Source: Cercozoa sp. M6MM (Eukaryota > Protista > Endomyxa: Ascetosporea). Taken from it: a stretch of DNA of 64,000 nt. Location: assembly GCA_040357565.1 (NCBI GenBank), contig JBDODJ010000057.1. One strand, written 5' to 3'. Both the position numbers and the translations under genes were made by a program. Shown one piece after another: positions 14,567-29,982 of this stretch. The notes below the pieces were generated by a model, which was given only the letters and a program-made list of their open reading frames with translations, was not told where the DNA came from and did no database searches. The stretch's first letter is position 1; each line of letters begins with the position of its first letter.

Positions 14567-16670
14567 ATGAGTGAGTGGGGCGCCGAGGACGACTGGGGCG
14601 ACAACACCGGCGACGACTGGAACAACGATTCCTGGGTCGATGACTCCAAGCAGATCGGTAGCTTCAGCCTCTTTTGCTGTCCCTTGTGTCTCTGTGTGCA
14701 GATGCTGTTAAAATTTAGATGCAGAAGACGAGGTGGACGAGCCAGAAAGTACTCTTGTACTATGAGGGTCGTAGGAGGAGGGAGTGCGACGCGTGATGGT
14801 TTATGTGATGGTTTATGTGATGGTTTATGTGTTGTAGCCCACCCGGAGCCAGCCGATGGCAGCATGAATCTGAAAGAAGTTTTGGAACTGCGCGAGCAGC
14901 TTGTGGCGCGCGTGGCGGAGCTCCTGGGACTGCCGGCCGACGCCGCCGTGCCGCTGCTGCGCTTCTTTCTGTTTCAGGAGTCGCGCGCGCTCGATGCCTA
15001 CTTCAGCGACCCAGCCAAGGTGCGACGCGACGTCGGTCTGCTGCCCGAAGGACAGGAGCACGAGCAAAAACAGAGCGACGCTCCAACACAGTGCCTCGTG
15101 TGCTATGACGAGGTCCCTCGCCAGGATGGCTACGTACCCTACCCTGTCTACCTCCACCTACCCCCACCCTACCTACCCTCTAGCTACCCCTGTCCCCTAC
15201 CCGTTACCCCCTGTCCCCTATCCCCTACCCCCTGTCCCCTATCCCCTACCCCTACCCTGACAGGAGCTGCCGTGTCAGCACTTTGCGTGCGACTCGTGCT
15301 GGCGCGGTTTCTGTGAGTCGGCGCTGCGCGGCGGCCGTGAGGTGCTGCAGATGCGCTGCGTGGAGTACAAATGCCGCTACCCGGTGCCGGAGAGTCTGGT
15401 GCTGCGGTACCTCCGCGCGGACACGAGGGAGCGCGAGCGGTACGACCACTTCCGCGCGCAGGAACTCGTGGACGGACTGCCGAACTTGCGCAACTGTCCG
15501 GCGCCGGGCTGCGAACTCGTGGTACGCTCGGCGGCAGCAGCACGCGGCACCGAGGTGCGCTGCCAGTGCGGACATTTCTTCTGCTTCACGTGCGGCGAGG
15601 AGGCGCACCGGCCGGCGAGCTGCGACGACACGCGCCAGTGGCTCGTCAAGTCGAGCTCCGAGGCCGAGAATACCACGTGGATCATCGCCAATACCAAGAC
15701 CTGTCCCAAGTGCAAGGTGCAGATCGAGAAGAACCAGGGCTGTACCACCCCCCCCCCCCCAACCATCATAGTCTTATCCCAACCCCCTCCCCCTGGCAGG
15801 CAACCACATGACGTGCCGCAACTGTCGACATGAGTTCTGCTGGCTGTGCAAGGGCGACTGGAAGGAACACGGCTCCGGCACAGGCGGCTACTACAAGTGC
15901 AATCGCTACCAGAGTGACAAGGCGGCCGGCAAACTCTCCAAGGAAGAAGAGGACGCCGATCGCGCGCGCTCGGAGCTGCAGCGCTATATCTTCTACTACA
16001 GGTAGCGCGCCTTCCTTACCCCCATCATCCCCCTTATCCTTCCTCCACTCGGTAGTCGATTCGACAACCACGCGCGATCGATGCGATTCGCCGAGAAGAC
16101 GCTCAAGGAGACCGAGAAGCGCATGAAGCGCCTGCAGGACATGAAGGGCTCTGGTGTGCTGTTATACCCCTTCCTGTCCGTTTACCCCTTACGTTGCCTT
16201 CCTCGTGTAGGAGCACTGGACGTGCAGTTCCTCATCAATGCTGTGGCCACCGTGATCGAGTGCAGACGCATGCTGCGTTGGACCTACACTGTTGGCTACT
16301 ACATGGAGGCCGGACCTACCAAGGATCTGTATACCAGCTTTAGCCTCCCCCCCTCTTGTTTATTCTCTTTTCTCTGTGTTGCAGGTTCGAAACACTTCAG
16401 CAAAACCTCGAGTGCGTTTCTCCACTTTGACTCACCGCATGTCTCGATTTATCGTGTGGGTTGCAGGGAGTACACGGAACGGTTACACGGACTGGCCGAG
16501 AAGCCGCTGGAACAACTCGTTTCGGATCAGGTACTCTTAAACTGTGTTGATTGATTGGATGAACTGGACTCATTTGTGCCCCAACACAGATGAGGGCAAA
16601 GGTGATTGCACTGACTGAGTCCATCAGCACTTTCAAGGGCAACATCCAGGCCTTTTTCGAAGACCAATGA
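14567..16670 (+). CDS. Ariadne-family RBR E3 ubiquitin ligase (10 exons)
   Basis: Acidic N-terminus, RING1 CLVC...LPCQHFACDSCW, IBR CPAPGC...CQCGHFFCFTCGEEAHRPASC, RING2 [22 protein letters not shown]...HEFCWLC and Ariadne domain RYIFYYSRFDNH...IECRRMLRWTY. All 9 introns splice in frame as GT-AG. Confidence 0.93.
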
Positions 16671-16836
16671 GCGAGTCCTGTCAAGTTCTAACCAGTTTAA
16701 GCCAAAGTCGGGCAGAGTCTTGGAATGTTGTACTGCACTGTCAAAACTAGCCAAAGCGAAACTAAAATAATGTTGAAAAATAGTGTCAGTCGAGTCGAAA
16801 AGTGGCACTGCACTGATCTTATTAGAGAACTGGAGG

Positions 16837-17598
16837 ATGCCAAAAGGCGCCAAAGTGGCAGTTATTGGAGCTGGAGCGGTACTGTAGCCGTTCTGACGAA
16901 TACAACAATCTTCTTGTCTTGTGATGTTTCTTGTTTTTCGAAACAGGCCGGTGTGTGCGCCTTGCGGTGGCTCCAGCATTACGGACTCGCCGTGACATGC
17001 TTCGAACGCAGCAGCCACGTGGGTGGTGTCTGGGTGCAGGAGCAAGACACTGCATGCTATCCATCGTTGCGTACCAACCTGCCGTGTGACTTGATGGAGT
17101 TTGCTGCGCTTCCCTTCCGCGCGGAGGGTTCGCCTGGCGTCCGCGCGGACTCTCCTGTGTTCCGTGTGGATGACACGAACGATCAGTTGCCTGTTCGTGC
17201 AACTAACGAGAGCGCCGAGATCAAGCTGCGCGGCCCGCGTTTTCCGCCCGCGCGGACGGTGCAGCGTTACTTGAACGCATACGCGGCTCCTGTGCGCACC
17301 AGAATTCGCTTCGAACGCACCGTGGAGCGCGTGGAACTTTCACGCGAAACCGACAGGTTTGTTTTGGTGCACACATCCGCGCGGACGCAGAGGGACGCGG
17401 AGAAGGAAGAATTCGACGCCATTGTTGTTGCCAGCGGACATTATCACACGCCGGCGTTTCCGGTATGCTTCTGTGTCGACGAAAATACGAGGAAGGAGGT
17501 CTGTGAGCATCCATTTTGGTGCAGCTGGACCTGTCGGAATTCAGCGGCGCCGTGATGCACTCGCACGACTATTATGACACCAGTGTACCTGCAGTTTT

Positions 17599-17661
<63 letters not shown>

Positions 17662-18796
17662 TGTGTACGTGTGTGTGTGTACACAACACAGACAGGTGCA
17701 TTAAAGGAGGCCGGCACGGTGTTGGTGGTCGGTGACGGTCCTTCCGGCTGCGACCTCGTGCGCGATCTGCTACTTGTATCGTTCCTCCCTATCCTGTGTA
17801 TGGTCGATCCCTTCTTTCCTGTCCAGACCGACAAGACTGTGTACTGGAGTGCGCCGGGCCACTGTTGTGACGGTTTCAGTGGGACCGGGATGATCGACGG
17901 TGTGACACTACTGCCGCGCCTGCAGAGTGTGCGTGACATTCCCGACTCGGTCGATACTGTTGTTCTGTGCACCGGCTACAAGTACCGTTCTAGTACTCAT
18001 ACAAATTAAAGGTGTTGAACAAAGGTACATATGTGTAGGTACTCGTTTCCTTTCCTGGACGGTCTGTGCGGTCAACCGGAGCGTCAGTGCACGTGTCAAC
18101 TTTGTCGATCAGTACAGGTTGACCTACCTCTGCTGTTTTAACCACTAGGTTATTTGGTTTGATTTAGGTGCATGACGGTGTTGTGGGTCGACTGATGCAA
18201 CACATGTGGCCGACGCACCCTGGTACACCCATTGTCTTCCTATTTTCCTCCTAAACACTTCTTGAGCAGCACTCTCAAACCGACTGTGCTTTGTGGGACT
18301 GCCGGCCAAGGTGGTGCCGTTCCCTCTGTGTGACTTTCAGAGCGAGTACGCTGCGCGCGTGATTGCTGGTCTGGCTCAGCCGCCTGCCGATGCACCCGTG
18401 TACGCTATCTGACGCTTAGAATCTTCGAGGCTCACTTGTTGTTACTTTGTCTCAATGCACAGGGCTACAGACCACGTGTTCACAAGCTCCCAGTTCTTCC
18501 ACTATCTCGACGAACTCAAGTGAGGACCTTGTTCTATCCTTATTGATGTCTCTTTTCACCCTTTTTTGTCAGGCAATGTGGTGCACTTACGCTCGAGTCC
18601 GTTCCCGAAAGCAAACGCCGACTCTACGAATCGGTAATTTGGTTCTCACACTTGGCTTTTCACCTAGTCATGTTGGATCATGTTGATTGACTTCCCTCGG
18701 AGCCCCGAATTTTAACCTGATGTTGGTCATTTGTACTAGGTGCGAGCTCTGCGGAGGCAGCACTTTGTCGATCTTGTCACTAATACAGCATGTTAA
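16837..18796 (+). CDS. Flavin-containing monooxygenase (class B)
   Basis: VAVIGAGAAG, FERSSHVGGVW, YPSLRTNLP, FDAIVVASGHY, FSGAVMHSHDY (FMO signature), VLVVGDGPSGCD, DTVVLCTGYKYSFPFL and LCFVGLP. Confidence 0.92.
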
Positions 18797-19040
18797 ACTA
18801 TTTCACTGCGCTGCTGCACCGCTGCCAGCCATATCGTAGTCGACTGAAAGCTGAGCAGGCGAGGGTATGCCCGGGTACTGTACTAACTGTGTATCGCGCC
18901 CAGTAGCTCAATGGGGACAGTATCGTATTAAGTTACTTCGTAGTATACTACGTACAGCGTTAGGCACCTCAATTGCAAGCAACTGAATGAATCCGGGCGG
19001 GGGTAGCCTCCTTCAGTTCCAACCAAATGAAAGGAAAAGT

Positions 19041-20851
19041 TCACATAACGATTCGCGCCGGACTAGTGCTGGCATCGTCGCCGTCATTAACGTTGCCCTC
19101 AAACACGTGTTGCAGGAAGGCGCGTACACGCCTCCAATACTCGTCTCCGGCCACTGCAGCACAAGCGAACAGAAGGTCTCCAGCACTAACACACGGAGCA
19201 GTGAGATCTGTACTCGAGTACCAACTTCAATGTCGTTGTGTCCGGCACCTCGCACGTTCCAAAAGCCGTAGGCTAAAATTAAAGTGTACTTGCAGTGGTG
19301 TTTACCAACAGAAGTGAAAGCAAAACTCTATATGTACCAACGGCGGCATTATCAAAGACTTGCTGTCCATGTTCCAAAGAGATTTGTTGATCGTTCGATC
19401 CTACTCAACAATGGAAGCATTTCAGAATATGTAGGAACATGCCCTGTCACATTGATACCATGTATGACAAAGACAGGTGATTTGACTGATCTCACTCGAC
19501 TGTGATTCGGAAAGATATCCTACGTAGCTTACTTGTAAAGCAAGAGTCAATGCGATAAGAATGGAGGAGAGTGTACACAGCAGTAGTCACGTTTCACGTC
19601 ACTCCGCAGCACGCGCAGTCCAGAGGCAAGAGGCGAGTGCAAGATGCTGCTTTTTGTTTTTAAGTCTTAATATCGGTGTCGTTTCAAGAAAAGGAAATCT
19701 ACACTCCTGCCACAGGTACTCGAGGTGCAATATGACACACCGCGCCTGTTCCCTGAGCGACCAAACTCAACAACTAAGTGTCTTCAAGCACACTGTATTA
19801 CAAGGTGTGTACTATGTACAGTTATATAAAAGGTAAGCAGAGTTAGAGTGTCTCGGTACAAACAAGCAATGTACCAGAGACTGTCCGTAGAGCACAATGT
19901 CTTCAACGCGGTGCCGCAGCGTTGTTGTGGCCACGCGCAGTGCGGCTTCGATGTCGCCGCGCACACATGACACTGAAGGCGACCCTTCCGAAACGCCATA
20001 ACCTGCTCAGTTGACGCATATCTACAATAGGCTCACAGCACAGACAGGTAAGGCATGAGATACCAGAGTAGTCAAAGGCCAGCACAGAAACTCCGAGTCG
20101 ATTGCGCATCTCCTACATGTAACAGACACACAGTATGTCCATACCGACACTGTATACTGTGTGTGTGTGTGCATTGCAAGGCGTACCTGAATACAAGAGA
20201 TGCAGCTGCCAAGGTCGCACGCGTTGCCGTGTGCAAACAGGACGAGGTACTTCGACTCGCCGTGCGGATAGTACACCATGCCAATTCGGTTGCCCTGTTT
20301 GGTCACGGTGTAGAGACCGCGCACTTCGCTCAGCGCGTTTGTTCGCACACCGAGGTGCTGTAGCTGTACAAACATACACAGACTTACTGTATTCAAGTGC
20401 GCAGCGTGCATGTGTGTGTACATCTTGGTGCGTGAGTGGTTTGGTATGCGTGCAGTACGCCAGCTCTTGCTTCTGACACGAACAGCGACGCGCTGGCGTA
20501 TTGGCGTCCACCGCCAGAATCACTTTGCACTAAGCAGCACGTGTAGAAACACACAAAGTGCACCGAGTACAACACACTCACCTCAGTCTCCGTCTCGGAC
20601 AGCTGCCGTTTCTCCAGGAAAATGTAGCGAGGCACCGGGGGGCAAAACACCAAATCGCGTGCTACGCGGTCTCGACAGCCGCACTACGTTCAAACTATAA
20701 TGTATGGCACACATATGGGACTCTGTGAGGCTATTGTACGGATGTCAGGAGACAGAAGCAGCACAGAAGCAGGCGCCACTAAATTTACCCGAATGCTTGG
20801 ATCTTCATGAATTGGATGTGCTGCACTTACTTGGCAGTTCTCCGACCCCAT
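19041..20851 (-). CDS. ABHD17: ABHD17-family alpha/beta hydrolase (depalmitoylase-like)
   Basis: N-terminal Cys cluster MGSENCQWRLLLCCFCLLTSCGC...LVFCPP, LVLFAHGNACDLG, VLAFDYSGYG, IVLYGQSLG (nucleophile elbow) and GAGHNDIE. Confidence 0.88.
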
Positions 20852-21427
20852 AGGGGACTATGGTCAAATGTAAAGGCAGTAAAGTCGTTGCTAATGCCAA
20901 CAAACAAGGCTGAAGCAAAGAAAAAAGTGGCTCCTGGATACTAATGGCAATCATACTGCACAGTAAGATTACGCTTCTGCTGCAGTGTGTGCCACTAAGA
21001 ACGACCGAAAATACAAATGTCTGGTCAACAAATCTGGGACGTTGATGAGGCACCCGCACAGGTAAATTCTGTTTGGGAGGGACAAGTGCAAGCCCCGATT
21101 GCGCTTTTTCCCTAGCGAACGCGCCGCCAAATCGCGCGTCAGGTGCTCGAAGGCGGTCACGGCGGTACTGCCCGGGATGCCACGGCTTTCCTTGACAGCA
21201 ACAAGAGCGCTTTGATGCACAAGAAGTTTGACAACGACTTCGGTGATTTGCTTTCTTGACGCGGGACAAGTGCAGCAGCCGACCTTCGCTCCAGTTGACT
21301 GAAAGAAATCGAACTCGTTCAACTGGAGTTTTCGCAGAAACGGAATTAATTCAATTCAACTGACTAAAAGCCTGGTTAATAGCATCCTGGTTAATAGCAT
21401 CGCGTCAAATCGAAAGGGGACGGGAGT

Positions 21428-23171
<1,744 letters not shown>

Positions 23172-23423
23172 ATTTATTAGTTCTGTTTGCACGTACTACG
23201 ACACGAAATCAAGGGTGAAGTCCCTGTTTTGCGTGATCAAGATTGTAGCCACAGAATCAAAAGGTGGCTACTCGCTTTGCCGCGCGCTGAGCGTCACCCC
23301 CTGCGTGTTTCCCGAGGAGAAGGTTGACAACATCGGTACTCACAGTGTGCTTGGTCTAGTTTTTTGTGTGTTTTTCGTGTTTGTTCATAAAATCTTGGTT
23401 TTGTCGTAGCGGAACGCAACAAA

Positions 23424-25038
23424 ATGGCGGAACAGAAGACTTTTGACCCGATCCAAGACGTGTGGGCTGATGCTTTGGAGGTATTGCTCAAGTGCAAACC
23501 TCGAAAAAATTTCCTGCATTCTGCGTGTTTTTTGTTTTTGACCTTTGTTTTTGGCTTTTGTTTTCATGGTGTTTTGTGCGTTCATGCAGGAGACTGCGGC
23601 CAGCGATGCGCTGCCACCGCGACGTGAGACTTTCGACTCGGCCACGTCGATTAAGACAGTGATTGAGTACTCGCGCGACAGCGAGGGTGTGCACTTTTGC
23701 ACTGTGTTTGTTGTCAGCGATTTAGTTGCTGTGTCTTGTCGTAGGCAAGGTCGTCAAGACTGAGAGGAAATATCGAATCGAGCACGTGCAGAAGCGCACT
23801 TCCAAGGTACTCCAGTTTGATTTCACCAGACTGCCTTGATGCGCACCCACGATGCACACTCACAGGCCGCGTTGGCTCGTCGCAACCTGTCCAAGTTCGG
23901 CGCGTGCCGCCACCTGTCTGGCCCCGACCCGTGCCTTGTCTTTGCTGAGTCTGTTGTGTTGGCACACACAAACTAACCTGTGTGTGTGTGTGTGGCAGGG
24001 CTGTGACCTTCCTGTCGGGCGAGAAAATTCTCTTCGAGAAGCCGGTAGCTTATATACACTATGTGTTGATATGCAGAGATTATTTCTGTATCTGTGTATG
24101 TCTTATGTGCAGAGCGACAAGAGCGACGAGGTCGACATGGCCTCTGCCATCGCTTCGGCCATCAAGCAGGTGCTTGTGTTTCCGACATATGGACACGGTG
24201 TTTATGGATACACCTCGACCTATCTGCAGGGTGACATGGAGCGTAAGGCCGGTCTCGGCGCTGCCACGGCCGCCGCTGCTGCCACGGTACTTGAGTTCTT
24301 TGGAAAGGGTAAAGGGAGGGGGGGGNNNNNNNNNNNNNNNNNNNNNNNNNNNNNNNNNNNNNNNNNNNNNNNNNNNNNNNNNNNNNNNNNNNNNNNNNNN
24401 NNNNNNNNNNNNNNNNNNNNNNNNNCCCCCCCCTCCCCCCCCCCCCCCCCCCCCCCAGATGCCCAGGGCAACCTCCCGACACAGGAGCGACCGAAGGATT
24501 ACCCGATGCTGCTGATGAACCTGGTACCAACATAGTGCTATTTTAAGAGAGTGCAGTGTCGCCGCAGTAACTTAACGCGTATTGACTTGCACACCCTGTA
24601 GCCACTGGACTTCGAGAAGCGCGACGTGCTGGACCTCGTGGGTCGCTACATGCCGGGCCAGGTGCGTCTCCTCACGGACAGAAAGACCGGCAAGCCACGT
24701 GGCGAGGCGCTCGTCTACTTCCCGACTGTCGAGACGCGTGCCAAGGTTCTACCCCTCCCCCCACACACACACCCTTCCCCCCGTTACCCCAAGTGCGTGT
24801 GCAGGCCATCGCCGGCCTCAACGAGCAGCCGCTCGGACACTCGGTGCTCGAGGCGCACGTCTTCACGCACCGCAAGCGAACCGGCGGCTTCCGTAACTCC
24901 TTCTCTCACAGCAGACTGCTGTGTCCATGTATGTGCCCATGTGTATGAACAGGTGGCGGTCGCGGCGGCGGCCGTGGAGGTGGCCGTGGTGGCTACGGTG
25001 GCCGTGGTCGCGGTGGCGGTCTGGGTCGTCGCTACTAA
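23424..25038 (+). CDS. EIF3G: Translation initiation factor 3 subunit G-like, with a C-terminal RGG tail
   Basis: WAD motif and IKTVIEYSRDSEGKVVKTERKYRIE...AALARRNLSKFG (eIF3g N-domain). RRM with DRKTGKPRGEALVYF...AIAGLN. An exon-phase mismatch across the 100-N gap implies a hidden exon. Confidence 0.8.
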
Positions 25039-25529
25039 GCATCCTCTGCATCACACCCGTGTCTGTTGCACAGTTACACCACAAGCTGTACTGGTTGATC
25101 CAGATGATCTTTCTTCACCCGAGCACGAGTAAAAATAGTCAGAAGGTGCGGTCACCGATCGTGATTGGGCTCCTTTTTTGCCTGCAACAATGCTGATCAC
25201 GCCTCTCAGTGGGTGACCGCCGCACTCATGATGCATGTGCACGTCTCGCAGGACGGCGACTCGGAGTGCAAAGACAAGTGCGTTTCCGATCTCGTCATTT
25301 TTTGTTTTTTCCGTCCCCAGTTTCGTTGCTCCACGTGCGCACTTTTTACTTGCACTTGTACGTGTCTGTAGTGCTCACAGCGCGTCGGAGAGCACGCGAA
25401 CGCAGCCACGCCAAACGACTCGGACTGTAGTTTAGCAGACATCCGTGCATGAGGGATGATCATTTTGGGGGTATGGACAGGCAGCCACGGTGGTCGGCGT
25501 TCGCTCGAGTAAACTGACAACCAGTTGGG

Positions 25530-27271
25530 ATGGCTGGGCGGGTTAAAGTTGAATGTGCAGGCACAGATGACTGGTCGAAACTGCGTAATCTGATGCAGCT
25601 GCGCGATTTGGGACTGCTGAGTGCACCAGAGTTTGAGCGTCGAAAACGACAGCTTGTGGATCGGCTCACGGGCAGTACGGATAACACGCGGCCTTCACAA
25701 TTGCGTGTGTTACCGCTTGTTTTGTTTGGTCGGTTGTTTCACTTGTGATTGCGCTTGTGCAGACTGCAGGAGACCTGTCGTGTCGCTGAGTAGACGGCAA
25801 TGTGTCACAGTTCCCAAGTAGGCTTGGTGTTTTCAAAGGGGCGCCGGTGTACGAACTGTACGGGGAAGGATGTTGTGCTTTGTGCAGCGGCAGTTGCAGT
25901 CGGCAGAGCACGATTCAGAGCAGTCACACGTGCCATGTTCTCCTTGTTTTGACTGTGTCTGTGTCTGTGTCTGTGTCTGTGTCTGTGTCTGTGTCTGTGT
26001 GTCTGTGTGTCTGTGTCTGTGTGTGTCTGTGTGTGTGTGTGTATGTGTGTGTGTGTGTGTGTTAACTGGTGGCCTGATTGGTGGTGACTGTAGCACGCAG
26101 AAGAAGCAGTCGCAAGGCGATCCTTCGCGTGCCTTCCCGAGTATGGTACATGGTTTTACCCCTCGCCCTTTCCTTCTTACCCACTCGACCTACTCTTTAC
26201 TCTTGACATCTATATCTGCCTAGGAATACGGCAGTGTGACTGTACGACCTGGTCCGCCTCCCGACTGGTCGCAGGTACCTAAGAACAGTGTACAGGGAGC
26301 AGACAGGGGGGGGGGGGTAAAGAGGTGGTATGTTCCTAGATTCCGAGAGAGAACGCCATTCGATTCGATTTCGATGCGCGCAGAGACGAATGGCGACAGA
26401 CACAGGTTTGTCCTACCCCCTTTAACCCCTTGCCCTTTCTTACCCCCCTTCAGATACAAGTAAAGCTGGCGGCACACCCGTTCGCACGAGGGTCACTGCG
26501 ATACGCGTACCACCTGCTGGACACGTCCAACACGGACACGCGCATCACACGGGTATGTCTTTACCCCCCTACCCCCACCCCGATACTTTCTCTACCCAGA
26601 TACCCCGGCAGGAAGACACAGTGCCAGTGCTACCGACGGCACTGGTGGCCAAGGTGAGTGTGGACCCGTGCGAACCCAGGGACACGTACTTCCAGGACGT
26701 TGCCATGCAGCGAGTGGCGCGACTGTTCGCCAAGCGGTACTCTTTACCCCCCCCTTCTTGCCCCCCCCCCCCAATTACTCCTCTGCTCCGACAGGTTCAA
26801 CAGGTATAAACCGCCGAAACGAGTTGCTTTTGTCGAAGCCTGGGTCGTTGAGGTATCCTTTGTCTAAAGTAGGGCTTAGTAGGGTTAATGGGGGGAGGGT
26901 AAACTCCTGTGTGACGCAGCTGACCGACCGACCGGGCAAACCGCTTTGTGCGGTGGAACCTTACATCACGGGCAAGGTAGCTCTGCTTACCCACTTTACC
27001 CTGACCCCTTCTTGATCCCGCTCCCCCTCCCCAGTACCGCAAACACAACAATAACTACGGCTTTGTCGATGAGGCCGAAAGGAGTACACCGCAGGTAGCT
27101 TTATCCTTAATTTACACCCATCTTACCCCATCTAATCCCTACTCCCAGGCCTTCTCGCACTTCAGCTACGAGTCGAGTGGCCGCGCACTGCTGATCTGCG
27201 ATGTGCAAGGCGTTTCCGACCTCTATGTACGGCCTTCTTGTCCTATGTGTATATTTGTGTGTGTATATATC

Positions 27272-27309
<38 letters not shown>

Positions 27310-27842
27310 ATACATATATGAATGTGCAGACTGATCCACAAATACACTCACGCGACGGCGAAGGCTTCGGCAAAGGCAACATGGGTACTTTACTTGCTTC
27401 CTCTTTGAGCCTCACTTGCTCCTCTAACCCCTTGTGTTCCTACCTAGGTCTACGCGGTTTCGAGCGCTTTGTGATGTCGCACAAGTGCAACGCGATCTGC
27501 GCGTATCTGCGGCTGCCGCCCATCAATCCGCGCAATGGTAGTTTTGCCCCCCCCCCCCTTAATCCCATTTACCCCCCTCCCCTGGCAGAGAGGGAACAGC
27601 TGCTGGGCACTCTGCCGAACCGACGCTTCACGCACAAGGCCGTCGAAGTGCAGGCGCCAAGCGAGCTGCGCTACGACCCGCTGCCGAAACTGCTAACCAC
27701 GACGACGCGCAACGACGAGTTGCCGCTGCTCGGTGAGAACAACAGCAGCAGCAGCAACGACAACAATCGCAACGACAATGAGGACCACGGTGTAACTGGC
27801 AGTAGGAGCAACGGCAACATGTGCTGCTGTAGTGTCATGTGA
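25530..27842 (+). CDS. Alpha-kinase (eEF2K/MHCK family) with an N-terminal SHOCT-like helix pair and a C-terminal CaaX
   Basis: PFARGSLRYAY, LVAK, CAVEPYITGKYRKHNNNYG, PQAFSHFSY, LLICDVQG, YTDPQIH, FGKGNMG and HKCNAIC. N-terminal LRNLMQLRDLGLLSAPEFERRKRQLV. Ends CCCSVM*. Confidence 0.92.
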
Positions 27843-28596
27843 CCTGAACGGAAGTAACGGTAACTGCGGTATATTACCGACTGACAGGTGAAGCCGGTAC
27901 CGCACCCTAAAAGAGCGGCAGCTACGCCGATCTGCTGCGCTCGGTTCCAAGTCCGACGAGTAGGTTTATTCCCCCTCCCCCAAGTTAGCCCAGTCACTTC
28001 CTCAACTTCTCTGTAGAGAAGCAGTAGACGGAACTGGACCAACATTAACACACAAACTTGCCGTTCGACTTTTTGTATTCGAACGGAGCTCTTAATTCAA
28101 AGCCTGGAATTCAAAGCCTGCCTCACGTCGGACTCGAACGGGCACTTGTCGACCTCCGATCGACTGAGTTTAAATCACATCTGATGATCGTTTTTCTTTT
28201 ACCTTGGTACAATTAACTACTTCACTGTACAAATGAGGTAGCTCTTCTCGTTGTTGTTCACTCTCAGATGGGGATTAGGCCTGGTACTCGCCAATACAAA
28301 AAACCCAACGATTCAGTTGGGCGGCAAAGCACTGGGAGATGGGAAAGACACCCGTCAGATGCTGTTTTTGAGTTTGCAACAACTCCACACCTCTCTTGAG
28401 GTATTTCAGAAGTCTTAAAGTGGCTTCCGTATGGATACAGTAGATCATTTGCAACAAAAAACTACTAACCAACTAACTGACGGTCAAAAGTAGACTGCCC
28501 TAGTACGTGTAGACTGGAACAATGAACTAAATTAACGTAAACCTTGTCGCACTCGCGTCAAGGTGAAACGTGTCGCTAAAACGGCGAGCGCGGTCT

Positions 28597-29083
28597 CTAG
28601 AGTCCGATGAACTTGACGGACTCGCAGGCGATGGCCTGGCAGTGGTGGGTGAGCTGCCACTCGACGCAGGCGCGCCAGATCACGCGCGACTGCAGCTTCC
28701 GGAACTCGCGCTCTGCTTCCTGCGCAAGTCGTGGTCAACGGAGGTTAGTAGAACTAAATGCACATGCACAAGAAACCAATCAAACAAAACTTAAGTTTAC
28801 ATGCAGCTGCAGCCGGTCTTCCTCCTGCGGTAGCTGCTCTTGTTGTTGTTGTTCCTGTGATGATGGCAACTCCAAATGTTGCCCTTGCTGCAACTCAAGC
28901 TGTTGCCCTTGCTGCAACTCCTGTTGTTGCTGCTGTTGATCCTGTTGAGACACACAAAAGGAAGTGTTACGAGAATACAACGAAACGACGCACAAGGAAC
29001 ACACATGCAGTAGCAGTCGGTTCTCCTCCTGCAGTGACTGTTCTTGCTGCTGCACTTGTTGCTGTTGTTGCTGCTGCTGCTGC

Positions 29084-29129
<46 letters not shown>

Positions 29130-29141
29130 GNNNNNNNNNNG

Positions 29142-29187
<46 letters not shown>

Positions 29188-29982
29188 CGTCGTCGTCGTT
29201 GTTGTTGTTGTCGTTGCTGCTGCTGCTGCTGCTGCAGTTTCTGCTGCTCTCGCTGCAGCAGCTCCTGCTCAATCTCCTGGCGGTGGCGCTCGAAGGAGCG
29301 GTCGAACGAGTCGACGCTGAAGAGGTCGGTCGCCGGCGGTCGCACCGTCGAGCTCGCCATCGTGATCGTCATCGAGCTCATGCTGTACTCGCGCACTCGG
29401 CCCTCCCACTCGACTCGTGCCTCCTGTCCCGACGAACGGCTCAGCAGGCGTCGCACGCTGCGCATGCCTCGCTGCCACCGTGTCTGCGTGCACAAGCACA
29501 GTGCCACATCATGACACTTTATTGTGATACAAGGTATACAGTGGCAAGGAAGAGCCACGGAACGCACCTTGATGGAGCGAACCAACGAGTTGCGCGGAGA
29601 AGGCGAACGGCGCGGCACCAGTCGGCGTCGCAGCCGTCTCACGTGGCGTCGCACTCGGCGTCGCGTGCGGCGCAGCCAGCGTGTGGCCTGGAACTGTGCA
29701 TGCCACACGGCAAGTACGTATTCTCCGCAAACAAGCAGCAAACAAAAGGTCTGAACACAAAACACAAGCACAAGCAACACTAACACTAACACTAACACAA
29801 ACACCAAACACGAACAATAACAAAGACACAACACAAAAAACACACAAAACCACAAACACAAAAAGACAAAACACACGGCGGGTGAAACGCAGAGAAAACG
29901 CCACAAAACCAGTGCTGGCGCATCCAAAAAACCGTGTGCAGCATACTAGGCGTGCGTACGCATGCTGGACACAACATACCAT
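28597..29982 (-). CDS. Hypothetical protein with an Arg-rich N-terminus and a long polyQ tract
   Basis: In-frame model: ATG|intron, FQATRWLRRTRRRVRR..., (CAA/CAG)n tract with an N gap, a Q/E-rich exon, and last exon EAEREFRKLQSRVIWRACVEW...FIGL*. Confidence 0.6.
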
